From the NCBI GenBank assembly GCA_965279515.1, contig CBDIID010000003.1, positions 4,000,001-4,064,000 of the forward strand: a DNA stretch of 64,000 nucleotides. Direction: 5' to 3'. Source of the stretch: Turneriella sp. (GTDB taxonomy: Bacteria > Spirochaetota > Leptospiria > Turneriellales > Turneriellaceae). The notes beneath the pieces are model-generated. The model worked only from the letters and a program-made list of their open reading frames with translations, searched no databases and was not told where the DNA came from. The position numbers and the translations under genes are program-made. Positions 19,412 to 27,941 of the stretch are shown piece after piece (the first letter of the stretch is position 1; each line of letters begins with the position of its first letter).

Positions 19412-20236
19412 ATGAGAACAATCATTGCAATTCCGGCGCTGTTTTTTGCCGCAACATTTTCGCTGAGCGCGGCCAAATGGGAAGAATACGGTTTTAAAGT
19501 TATCAACAGCAGCCAGGAAGACGACCGCGTGACGATGGACCTGCAGGATGCCGAAGGCAGGTCGCTGACTGTGGCTTACAGCGGCAGTGCCTCTGATAAA
19601 TCGATTCCCGTCGTCGCGCAGCTGCAAAAAACTCTCTATGCGTGGAAATCCATGCAGGTGAAGACCATCCGCTACACCTTGCTCGAAAATAATATCGTCG
19701 AAGTGCAGGTTTTTCCATCGGCGTTCAAGGACGACAACGTCGATTTCATGAAAAATATTCCCGGGCACCTGTTTTTTATATATAAAGACCAGCTGCAGTA
19801 CAGTTTTCGCCTCGAGGTCAATAAGCTCTTCGTGAAGATCAAAGGTTATTACACCGACGAACCCGATCTTCTCAAAAAAATGAAACAAGCGGTGAAAGAT
19901 CCGCAAGGGTTCATCATCAAGCGCGACCCTGAGTATTTTATCGCCAAGCTCGAAAAACTCGAAGAGGAGCTCGAGGCGCAGAAGGGCCTCAACCACCGCC
20001 AGGAAAAAGAGCTCGAGCGTATGCGCGCAGCCACGGCAGCCCTGCACAACACAGGCGTCTTTTCAGGACCGGAAGCTATCCCCGAAAAGGTATTATTACG
20101 CGTCGTTGAACTTAAGAAACAAAACCCGGCATGGAAGCGTGAGCAGATTCAGGCACAACTCGACCAGGAAAAGATCGAGTGGAGCAAAAAACACGTAAAG
20201 CTGATTCTCGCCGTTTATTTCAGCGAGTTTGACTGA
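19412..20236 (+). CDS. Hypothetical exported protein with coiled coil
   Basis: Signal peptide MRTIIAIPALFFAATFSLSA; starts 1 nt after the upstream stop. Confidence 0.8.
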   Translation: MRTIIAIPALFFAATFSLSAAKWEEYGFKVINSSQEDDRVTMDLQDAEGRSLTVAYSGSASDKSIPVVAQLQKTLYAWKSMQVKTIRYTLLENNIVEVQVFPSAFKDDNVDFMKNIPGHLFFIYKDQLQYSFRLEVNKLFVKIKGYYTDEPDLLKKMKQAVKDPQGFIIKRDPEYFIAKLEKLEEELEAQKGLNHRQEKELERMRAATAALHNTGVFSGPEAIPEKVLLRVVELKKQNPAWKREQIQAQLDQEKIEWSKKHVKLILAVYFSEFD

Positions 20237-20268
20237 TTTTTTGCCCATGAATGAATTCACGGGCAAAA
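20237..20268. terminator. Bidirectional intrinsic terminator
   Basis: TTTTTTGCCCATGAAT-GA-ATTCACGGGCAAAA between convergent genes. Confidence 0.7.
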
Positions 20269-20270
20269 GA

Positions 20271-20960
20271 TCAAAAGACTCTTAAAAACTTCAACTGAAA
20301 GAAAACCGGAATCGCGGCAAAACCCGCGGGAATAACAATCGAATAGAGCAGCCCTAACTTTTCAATGAGCGGGGTGTATTTCTTGTGATTCAGCCCCAGT
20401 GACTGGAAGGCGCTGGCGAAACCGTGGTTAAGATGGAATGCCATGAGCACCATCGAAAACACGTAGAACCATGCATAGAGGCCGTTCCAACCGGTTTCGA
20501 AGGCGATCTTGACCGTGTGGTAGAAGGCGAGATTGCCGGGCTCGTAAATGCGGTGCTTCAGTGTAAATGAATTGATGTGGATGATGAGGTAGATGAGGAT
20601 AATGGAACCGGTCAGGCCCATATAACGTGAGAACAGCGATTTAACCTGACCGCCTGAGCCGCCTTTGTAACCCACGGGCCGCGCGGATTTATTTTTGAAG
20701 GTGAGCAGCAGGCCATCGACGATGTGTACCAGAAAGCCGGCCACGAGTGTGACCTCGAGAATACGGATAATCAGGGCGGTGCTCATAAAGAGGGAATAAG
20801 CGTCAAACGCGGCGCCGCCGTCGTTTTTAAAGAGTAGCAGGTTGCCGATGAGGTGCACGGGCAAAAAGCTTACAAGAAAGAGGCCCGACAGCGCCATCAG
20901 GTATTTTTTGCCAAGCGAGGTGGCAATGATGAGGGGTGATTTGGCGGCGATTTCTGACAT
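20271..20960 (-). CDS. sdhC: Succinate dehydrogenase cytochrome b subunit (b558 family)
   Basis: GKKYLMALSG, HLIGN, VHI, IH, FHLNHGF.SAFQSLG. Confidence 0.92.
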   Translation of the reverse strand: MSEIAAKSPLIIATSLGKKYLMALSGLFLVSFLPVHLIGNLLLFKNDGGAAFDAYSLFMSTALIIRILEVTLVAGFLVHIVDGLLLTFKNKSARPVGYKGGSGGQVKSLFSRYMGLTGSIILIYLIIHINSFTLKHRIYEPGNLAFYHTVKIAFETGWNGLYAWFYVFSMVLMAFHLNHGFASAFQSLGLNHKKYTPLIEKLGLLYSIVIPAGFAAIPVFFQLKFLRVF

Positions 20961-21048
20961 ACGCCAGCGCGGGTGGTTTTAACGCTACGGAAAGGAAAAA
21001 ACCGGCGACAGGAGGTCGCTGCCTTACACTGCGCGACCCAGAGGTATT

Positions 21049-21585
21049 TTGGCAGTTTTTGACAGACGCATCTGGGCAGTAATCCCGCTGATCCTGTTTG
21101 GCCTTAAAGCATGGCAATACTGGCCCCGCGGTGATATTTACCAGCTCTTGTGGTTCTGCAATGTCTCAAATCTGCTGCTGGCCGCGGCGATTTTCTTCAA
21201 GGTGCGAAATCTCGTCTTCATCTGTGCTGCGCTGTTAACGATTGGCCTGCCCATCTGGGTCTTTGATTTTATGGTCAACGGGGATTTTCATGTGTTCTCT
21301 GTCTTTACACATGTGGTAAGCCCCGCCCTGGGGTTTCTGGTCGCACTGCGCCTCGGCTGGAGCTCTCATGTTATCTGGCAAACGCTGCTCTATTACCTGG
21401 CATTGCAGCTGCTCGCACGCCTTCTGACGCCGGCTGCGTTGAATATCAATGTCGCCTTTGCCATCTATGCGCCCGTACAAAAACTCTTCCCGAATTTTTG
21501 GCTCTATTCATCAGCCAATCTCGCGGGTCTCGCCGCGTTTGCCGCAGTCGTGCATCGTTTATTGCAGCGCCGGGCGGTGCACTGA
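21049..21585 (+). CDS. Hypothetical integral membrane protein
   Basis: About five TM helices; WFCN, H and N-x-N motifs; stop overlaps the next ATG. Confidence 0.7.
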   Translation: MAVFDRRIWAVIPLILFGLKAWQYWPRGDIYQLLWFCNVSNLLLAAAIFFKVRNLVFICAALLTIGLPIWVFDFMVNGDFHVFSVFTHVVSPALGFLVALRLGWSSHVIWQTLLYYLALQLLARLLTPAALNINVAFAIYAPVQKLFPNFWLYSSANLAGLAAFAAVVHRLLQRRAVH

Positions 21586-22670
21586 TGCTCGGTCGCGCAC
21601 CCGAACGAAATCTGCGCTATCCGTTGCTGCTTGTACACGGGTTGTTTTCGAGCAGCCGAACCTGGAAAAAAACCGTGGCTGCGTTTATCGAAGATTACGA
21701 TCTGCGTTATGGTGGAGAGATTTCCGTGGCGACTTTCACAGATGCGAAACAGCATGTTGCCGCCGCAGATTTTTACACGTGGAATTTTTCGAATAGCCGC
21801 AATCTGTCTTACCGCGAACAAGCCCGGGAATTACAGGTGGCCGTGCGCGGCCTCAGGGAAATCAACAAAACGGACAAGGTCATTCTTGCCGGGCATAGTA
21901 TGGGCGGCCTTGCGGCGCGGGCACTCGTGCAGTTTTACGGCGCCGACGACGTATTTGCGCTCATCACACTCGGCACACCGCATTATGGCAGCCCGCTGGC
22001 GCTACTGCGCGATTCCACACACCATGGGGCGCGCCAGGTTTTTTCCGGCCTGCACCGTGCGCTTGCCCGGGCGGAGTACCACGGTGACAAACAACCGGGC
22101 TTTTTCCGGCGCCTGTTCCTGAGGCTGTTCCGCGTTACCAGCGAAGCCGAAGCGGAGATCGACCGTTTCTTTGCCAGCGAGGCATTCGGCGAACTGATGC
22201 CGGGCAGCGCGGCGCTCGAAGAACTCAATGCCGCACCGCTGCCGGCAAATTTACGTTATGCATTCATCACGGGGAGTATCACAGATTTTTCTGCGTTCCG
22301 TGACGCTGAAACGCTGCTGCGCTACAAAAAATTCACCAAGCTCTGGATCCAGTTCACCGCTTCAGCTGTGAAGAGTCTCAATAACCGCTATCTCGACGAT
22401 CCCTATAAAATTTTCCGTGACTACCTGGGGCGCTATGTTTCAGACGCTGCACAGCTGACACAGGAGCAGCTCACTGATTTCGACGGTGCGGTACCGGTCT
22501 TCAGCCAGATTCTGAATCACTTCAAGACGGCTCCGTTGTTAACAGCCGTCCTGCCGGTCTTTGCCAGTCACACGCGTCTCACGAAGCGCCCTGCTAAACT
22601 CTTTCAGGCGTTGGCCGTCGTCGGCGCCGTCGGTGCGGCGAATACGAAGAACGATGCTTCAAAATCCTGA
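21585..22670 (+). CDS. Alpha/beta hydrolase (lipase/PGAP1-like)
   Basis: LVHGL, GHSMGG, TLGTPHYGS, DGAVP, SH. Confidence 0.85.
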   Translation: MLGRAPERNLRYPLLLVHGLFSSSRTWKKTVAAFIEDYDLRYGGEISVATFTDAKQHVAAADFYTWNFSNSRNLSYREQARELQVAVRGLREINKTDKVILAGHSMGGLAARALVQFYGADDVFALITLGTPHYGSPLALLRDSTHHGARQVFSGLHRALARAEYHGDKQPGFFRRLFLRLFRVTSEAEAEIDRFFASEAFGELMPGSAALEELNAAPLPANLRYAFITGSITDFSAFRDAETLLRYKKFTKLWIQFTASAVKSLNNRYLDDPYKIFRDYLGRYVSDAAQLTQEQLTDFDGAVPVFSQILNHFKTAPLLTAVLPVFASHTRLTKRPAKLFQALAVVGAVGAANTKNDASKS

Positions 22671-23940
22671 ACGTCTGCAGCTGACGATTTCAGATCTGCA
22701 CCCGTCAGGAAATGGCATCGGCCATGTTCCCGGGTTCGGCCACATCTATGTACCGTTTGCTTTCCCCGGTGATCAGCTTGAAGTCAGGCTCAAAGAAGAA
22801 ATCCGTCCCGGAAAGTGGAAGGCAGAGCGTCTCACCGCCATCGCGGAGCACTGCGCGGTGGCGGGACGCTGCGGCGGCTGTATCTGGCCCGGCGCGCCCT
22901 ATGCAGAGCAGCTCGAATGGAAAAAAACACTGCTGCTGCGTGCGGCGAAAGCCTTGCCGGCCATAATATCGTTGCCCGTCACCATTCACGGCAATGCGGC
23001 AACCACGGGGTTCCGTAACCGCGTGCATCTACATGCAAATTTTTTCCACGGCGATCTGGAATTTGGCTTTTATGGCCGCGGTTCGCGCGCACTGGTTCCT
23101 GTCGCCGACTGCCCCGTCGCCGAAGAACCGATCCGTCGTGTTTTGCGGGCTCTTGCCGCGCAAAAAAAAGGCGGATGGCCTCCATCGGAAGATTTTGGCT
23201 TCGGTATCGAGTTTATCCACCTCGCTGCGGAAAATTCAAAAATTCTGATGATTCTCTATTCGAGCCCCGAACGCCGAGCTGCATTGCGCCAGGCGGCGCC
23301 GCGCTTCGCTGCTCTCGATGCGCAACTGCTCGTGCGCGAAGCTTTCAGCGACACCGGGGAGATTTTTGTCTGGCAGCAATGTGGCGATGCCGTGATGTTT
23401 ACCAGGCCCGGCGCCTTTCAGCAGGGGAACCGGGCCCAAAGCGATGTGATCCGCCGGCTGATTGGCGAACAAATTGTTGCTCAGCGCCCGCAGGTGCTTT
23501 TTGATCTCTATTCGGGCAGCGGTAACTATTCCCTGCCGCATTACCAGAAGGTCGGGAAAATTTTTGGCTGCGATGATAACCGTGTCGGCATCGAAGTGGC
23601 GGCGATCAATGTCGGGCGCAACCGGGTTCCCAACGCGACATACGTTTGCGGGGATAGCGGTGAAATACTGCAATCGCGCGAAAGTTATGGCTGGCCGCAG
23701 CACGCCGATTTTGTCGTGGTTGATCCAGCGCGCTATGGCATGAGTTCGCAAGTCATTGAGGAGCTGAGTCTCATACGGCCACAGACGATTTTCTATATTT
23801 CGAATAATACTGTTTCGTTTGTGCGCGATGCTAAGGCGCTGCTGGCGGCGGGTTTCAAGCCTGAGCGGCTCAACCTGGTGGATTTTTTCCCGAACACGCC
23901 GCATCTTAACATTGTCAGTGTCTGGCACAATTCTGTTTGA
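22654..23940 (+). CDS. RlmD/TrmA-family RNA m5U methyltransferase homolog with catalytic residues substituted
   Basis: TRAM-like N-terminus, CxxxxxCGGC Fe-S motif, DLYSGSG, VDPAR; YISN and HLN replace YVSC and HxE. Confidence 0.85.
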   Translation: MLQNPERLQLTISDLHPSGNGIGHVPGFGHIYVPFAFPGDQLEVRLKEEIRPGKWKAERLTAIAEHCAVAGRCGGCIWPGAPYAEQLEWKKTLLLRAAKALPAIISLPVTIHGNAATTGFRNRVHLHANFFHGDLEFGFYGRGSRALVPVADCPVAEEPIRRVLRALAAQKKGGWPPSEDFGFGIEFIHLAAENSKILMILYSSPERRAALRQAAPRFAALDAQLLVREAFSDTGEIFVWQQCGDAVMFTRPGAFQQGNRAQSDVIRRLIGEQIVAQRPQVLFDLYSGSGNYSLPHYQKVGKIFGCDDNRVGIEVAAINVGRNRVPNATYVCGDSGEILQSRESYGWPQHADFVVVDPARYGMSSQVIEELSLIRPQTIFYISNNTVSFVRDAKALLAAGFKPERLNLVDFFPNTPHLNIVSVWHNSV

Positions 23941-23974
23941 CCGCCTGATTTCACTGCGCCGCCGATCATCTGTC

Positions 23975-24424
23975 GTGCCGAAGATTTTTCCGCTGCTATA
24001 CATCCCCGTTTTGTTCTTATTTCAGTGCGGCACAGACATACCGTTCGACAACGAACTTTACCTGAAAAGGCCGACCGGCCTGCAGGTGACCGCGGTTGCC
24101 GGCCAGAAGATGAACGTTCAGTATACGGTGCAGAATCAAGAAGAGACGTTCGACGGTTACAATCTGCTGATTGCGCGTGTGCCGATCGGAGACGGCGAAG
24201 CGCAGTCGATGGAGCCGCTGACGCTCAATGGTAGCCTGCCGACCTTCCTGCACTCAAAATCGCAATACGATGTGAATACTGTTCGTGCTGTTACTATCTC
24301 ACGTTTTACGAACGTGTTGCCGTTTGAAATCGGCACAAGTTATTATTTCCGTATGCAGGCACATTCGCGCAAGGGCATCCGCTCCGAAGCGTCGAATGAA
24401 GTGATTGCGACCGGGCTGCCGTGA
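23975..24424 (+). CDS. Hypothetical lipoprotein with a fibronectin-III-like domain
   Basis: GTG start, lipobox LFQC, PTGL..., GY, YYFRMQA...G.RSEASN. Confidence 0.7.
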   Translation: MPKIFPLLYIPVLFLFQCGTDIPFDNELYLKRPTGLQVTAVAGQKMNVQYTVQNQEETFDGYNLLIARVPIGDGEAQSMEPLTLNGSLPTFLHSKSQYDVNTVRAVTISRFTNVLPFEIGTSYYFRMQAHSRKGIRSEASNEVIATGLP

Positions 24425-24479
24425 CCCCATCCCATTGACATAGAGGGGGGACGCTGTCAGATATTTTTGAGCAATCTTG

Positions 24480-24522
24480 TTCCCCCTCTCTGCGTTAGCG
24501 GGGAGGGGGTTAGGGGGTGGGG
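24480..24522. repeat. REP-like GC-rich hairpin between convergent genes
   Basis: TTCCCCCTCTCTGCGTTAGCGGGAGGGGGTTAGGGGGTGGGG. Confidence 0.5.
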
Positions 24523-25593
24523 TTAACCTCCGGTCATCCTCGCCACTCTCTCCGCCGGCCCGACGATATCCGTTACCCGAACACCGAAGTTTTCGTCGAT
24601 GACCACAACCTCGCCGCGCGCGATGAGTTTGCCGTTGACGAGAAGGTCGACCGGCTCACCCGCGAGTTTATCGAGTTCGATGATCGAACCTTCACCCAGG
24701 GAGAGAATTTCTTTGACGTACTTCTTTGTGCGCCCGAGCTCTACGGTAAGAGCCATCTGCACATCGAGTAGCAGCTCAAGGTTCGGGGGTAATCCCGCCG
24801 TGCCGCTCGATTGCTGCAAACTCGGAAAGTTGATCGGGTTTACGGAAACACCGCCGCCGCCGCCACCCATGCCGCCGCCTGCACCGGCGCCAAAATCCAT
24901 ATCGAATGCCGCCGCCTGTGGCGCCGCCGAGCTGCGGTTGCTTTTCGCCCAGCGGTTTGCCGCCGAAGCATCGACGTAATGCGTAATGCGCGAACCCGGC
25001 ATGCCTTCGACTGCGATGTTGTAAGAGATCTTCACGATCCCGCCGGTGAACTGCGGGGCATCCGTTGGTGCGTTGAAGATTTTCATCTCTGGCATCGACG
25101 GAGACAGCGAGTCGTTGAACTTGCCACCGAGGCCGTTGGCTATGGATGAAATGATACTCTGTGAAAGTTCTGACAGTGTCGAAAGGTGTGCGTCGTTGAT
25201 TTCGCCACCGTCGTCGCCTGCACCCATCATCGTCTGTGCGATGCGGCGCGCGAGATCTTTCGGGTATACGAGAGCCGTATGGGTCTGCCCCATCTGGATC
25301 TCTGCGATAACGCCGCCTTTGGGAAGTTCACCGGAGATCTGCGCCGGTGAAATTTCGTCTACCTGCGCGTTCGAGATCTGGATGTTCTTGCCGACCATGA
25401 CGCCGGCCTGCGAACCCGCAACCTGCATCGCGTCGTTGAACGCATCGGCGAGCAGTTCACGTTCCGTGGGGGAGAGTCCGCCACCTGAATCTGCCACGGC
25501 CGCGCCGCCGCCTTTCGCGCCGCCCGCACCCATGTCGTCGGTGCCCATTAAGAGCGCGTCTATTTCTTCTTGCGATAACGAACCATCACCCAT
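24523..25593 (-). CDS. fliY: Flagellar motor switch protein FliY/FliN
   Basis: N-terminal LSQEEIDALL, CheC-like middle domain, C-terminal FliN domain (LLLDVQMALTVELG...GEVVVIDENFGVR). Confidence 0.92.
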   Translation of the reverse strand: MGDGSLSQEEIDALLMGTDDMGAGGAKGGGAAVADSGGGLSPTERELLADAFNDAMQVAGSQAGVMVGKNIQISNAQVDEISPAQISGELPKGGVIAEIQMGQTHTALVYPKDLARRIAQTMMGAGDDGGEINDAHLSTLSELSQSIISSIANGLGGKFNDSLSPSMPEMKIFNAPTDAPQFTGGIVKISYNIAVEGMPGSRITHYVDASAANRWAKSNRSSAAPQAAAFDMDFGAGAGGGMGGGGGGVSVNPINFPSLQQSSGTAGLPPNLELLLDVQMALTVELGRTKKYVKEILSLGEGSIIELDKLAGEPVDLLVNGKLIARGEVVVIDENFGVRVTDIVGPAERVARMTGG

Positions 25594-25617
25594 ACAATTC
25601 TCCCTACGGGAGGATAT

Positions 25618-25653
25618 TTAGGGGGCTTACAGCCCCCTAAAACCCCCTGCCGC
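25618..25653. repeat. REP-like GC-rich intergenic element
   Basis: TTAGGGGGCTTACAGCCCCCTAAAACCCCCTGCCGC; hairpin; similar to 7354-7389. Confidence 0.55.
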
Positions 25654-25668
25654 AAATAAATTTACTCA

Positions 25669-26205
25669 TCAGCTAACTACCAATTGCTCGAACATTACTT
25701 CGGATACTTTGCCGTCGCGGAGAATCATATTGATCTGATTCTTGATCTCTTCACCCAGATTCAATTTCTGCAACGGCGTGAAAAGTTCATCCTTGCGTTT
25801 GCCGCCGAGGATGATATTGATGATGTGAATCACCTGCGGCGTTCTTTTTGCAAGTTCGGCGTCGAGCTGCTTGTTGAGTTCGCCCTCGTAGCCTAAGGTA
25901 ATCTTCGCCTGTGCATAGTGCGCTTCATCCGTGTCTGCTGTGTTGACGCGGAATTCATGCTGTATTTTGAAAATTGCAGGTGGCGCCGACGGTGGCGCGA
26001 TCGTGATGCTCTCGGTTTCCTGGAAATCCGCGTTTTTGTAGTATTTCGCGACCATCACCGAGATGACAAACATCAGCGCGAGCGCGATGAGCCCGGCAAC
26101 GACCCAGATCAGAATCGTAACAATACGGCTGCGCCCCGAACTAACGGGGACGGCGGCAGCTTCGTCGCCGCCTTCTTCCTGGTCTAAATCTTCTGCATCT
26201 GCCAT
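25669..26205 (-). CDS. fliL: Flagellar basal body-associated protein FliL
   Basis: Acidic N-terminus, one TM, F.VN.AD, IK..IN.IL..G.V..V.F. Confidence 0.88.
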   Translation of the reverse strand: MADAEDLDQEEGGDEAAAVPVSSGRSRIVTILIWVVAGLIALALMFVISVMVAKYYKNADFQETESITIAPPSAPPAIFKIQHEFRVNTADTDEAHYAQAKITLGYEGELNKQLDAELAKRTPQVIHIINIILGGKRKDELFTPLQKLNLGEEIKNQINMILRDGKVSEVMFEQLVVS

Positions 26206-26208
26206 AGT

Positions 26209-26409
26209 TTACTCCGTGCGGGTCTTTTCGCTGAATACCTGCCGGTTAAAAGATACTATCTTTTCCAGCAGCTCAACCACCTTTTCGCGCACCACGTACT
26301 TGGTGCCGTCTGTGAGCTTAATCACCGTATCGGGGGTCTCCTCAAAAATCTCAATGAGATTATGGTTGAGGTAAAAAACCTTGCCGTTTAGCCGTGAAAG
26401 CTCAATCAT
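26209..26409 (-). CDS. flbD: Flagellar protein FlbD (SwrD)
   Basis: MIELSRLNG..FYLN..LIE..EETPDTVI.L..G.KYVVRE. Confidence 0.92.
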   Translation of the reverse strand: MIELSRLNGKVFYLNHNLIEIFEETPDTVIKLTDGTKYVVREKVVELLEKIVSFNRQVFSEKTRTE

Positions 26410-26517
26410 ATTGTCCCGCTCCATGCGGGCCTGTTATTATGTCGGATGCTTCGGCGCAGCCTTTGAGTGAATAATTCTTAGCCTTTCCGCCGTCTCTCGC
26501 TTTCACGCCCTGTCGCC

Positions 26518-27900
26518 ATGTCTCTCCCTTATAGAAGGATTTTCCCTGTGTATACGGCACTTTTCGCGCTTACAGCCTGTGCCCTTTCCGCAGGGGGAAA
26601 TCCGCCCCCGGGCAAAACTTTCACCTCGCGGCCCATTGCAGCCGAAGGTGCGTGCAGGGCGACGGGCGCCGGCAAGACCTGCAAGGTCGCGTTTTTTCTG
26701 CAGCCCTATAAGGGCGCGCAGCTGGCCAGCGGGGGGATTGCCCTCGCGGCGAAATACTCGAAAATCGATAAAACGCAGGCTCTGGCCGACGTCACGCTCA
26801 AAGACCTCGCCACCGATACCGGCCAGAGCGTCATTACGGTGCAGCACCCGGCAACGGGCAGCATCCGCGAAATGATCGTGTCTTGGGTTGAAGTACCGCC
26901 CAAAACGCCGCCGCTTCTGGTGCTCGATACCCCCGCGCAAAAACACCGCTTTATGCGCCGCGTGCCAACGGGCAAGCAGCCCAAGAGCGCGATGTTTATC
27001 TCAGCGACGCAGGTTGTGCTCCCGCTTTTGGACGACAACCACAGTGAGGTCATCGATATTCTCACGGGCGAAGTGAAGCGCCTGACGATGCCGGCGAAGT
27101 ATGCGAAGAAGGGTGGCTTTGTCGAGAGCGTGCGCGTGCCGCCGCTCAAGGAATTCTGGGTGAGCCAGATGATGGCTTCAGCGATACACCGCTTCGACAC
27201 GGCGACGCTCGAATATAAAGGTTCGATCGATCTCACGGGTTCGTGGACCAAGGTTCTCGCTTACGACGCCGTGCGCAATGTCGTCTATGCCAGCAACTGG
27301 AACAGTTCGGATATTTCCGTAGTATCTGTCGCCGAACTCAAAGAAACCAAGCGCATCAAGATGAGCGGCGTGCCGCGTGGCATGGCCTTCTCATCGGACG
27401 GCAGTTATATGATCGCTGCCATCTTTGGCGGCAAATCAGACAGCGACGGCGGCGGCCGTACCGTGAAGATCGATCTCGAAACCCAGAAGGTTACCGGCAC
27501 TGTGATTGAAGGGGGCTCGCACCGGCATGCAGTGCGTCTCAAGGCAGGGCAAGACAACTTTGCCGTATCGGATATGGCGCGCAGCAAGGTCTATTTCATT
27601 GCCGACTACAAAAAGGCTTCGGAGATCAATGTCTATAAGAACCCGAATACCATCGCCGAATCGCCCGACGGCAAATATCTCTATGTCTCGTGCCGCGGGC
27701 GCAATAACCCGAAATCGTATCTGATCAAGGGACACGACTTCGGCCATCTCATGGTCATTGATCTTGCGACGCATAAGGTTGTCGAAGATATCGAAGCCGG
27801 TAACCAGCCAACGGGGCTCGATGTCTCGCCCGACGGCAAATATATTGTACTGACCGATTTTTTAGACCACGCGATGCGTGTGTACGAAAGGATGGAATAA
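26518..27900 (+). CDS. YVTN/YncE-like beta-propeller (lipo)protein
   Basis: Signal with LTAC; repeated PRGMAFS.DG, PNTIAESPDGK, PTGLDVSPDGK blades. Confidence 0.82.
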   Translation: MSLPYRRIFPVYTALFALTACALSAGGNPPPGKTFTSRPIAAEGACRATGAGKTCKVAFFLQPYKGAQLASGGIALAAKYSKIDKTQALADVTLKDLATDTGQSVITVQHPATGSIREMIVSWVEVPPKTPPLLVLDTPAQKHRFMRRVPTGKQPKSAMFISATQVVLPLLDDNHSEVIDILTGEVKRLTMPAKYAKKGGFVESVRVPPLKEFWVSQMMASAIHRFDTATLEYKGSIDLTGSWTKVLAYDAVRNVVYASNWNSSDISVVSVAELKETKRIKMSGVPRGMAFSSDGSYMIAAIFGGKSDSDGGGRTVKIDLETQKVTGTVIEGGSHRHAVRLKAGQDNFAVSDMARSKVYFIADYKKASEINVYKNPNTIAESPDGKYLYVSCRGRNNPKSYLIKGHDFGHLMVIDLATHKVVEDIEAGNQPTGLDVSPDGKYIVLTDFLDHAMRVYERME

Positions 27901-27941
27901 TTTTTTGACAGCATTACACGGTTTTTTTCGTATGTATCCAT

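Noticed and set aside
24435..24465. TTGACA with a TGACA/TGTCA inverted repeat, a possible antisense promoter into fliY
   Set aside because: No convincing -10 element; the short repeat could be chance
24850..24890. GCC repeats in fliY
   Set aside because: They encode a Gly-rich linker
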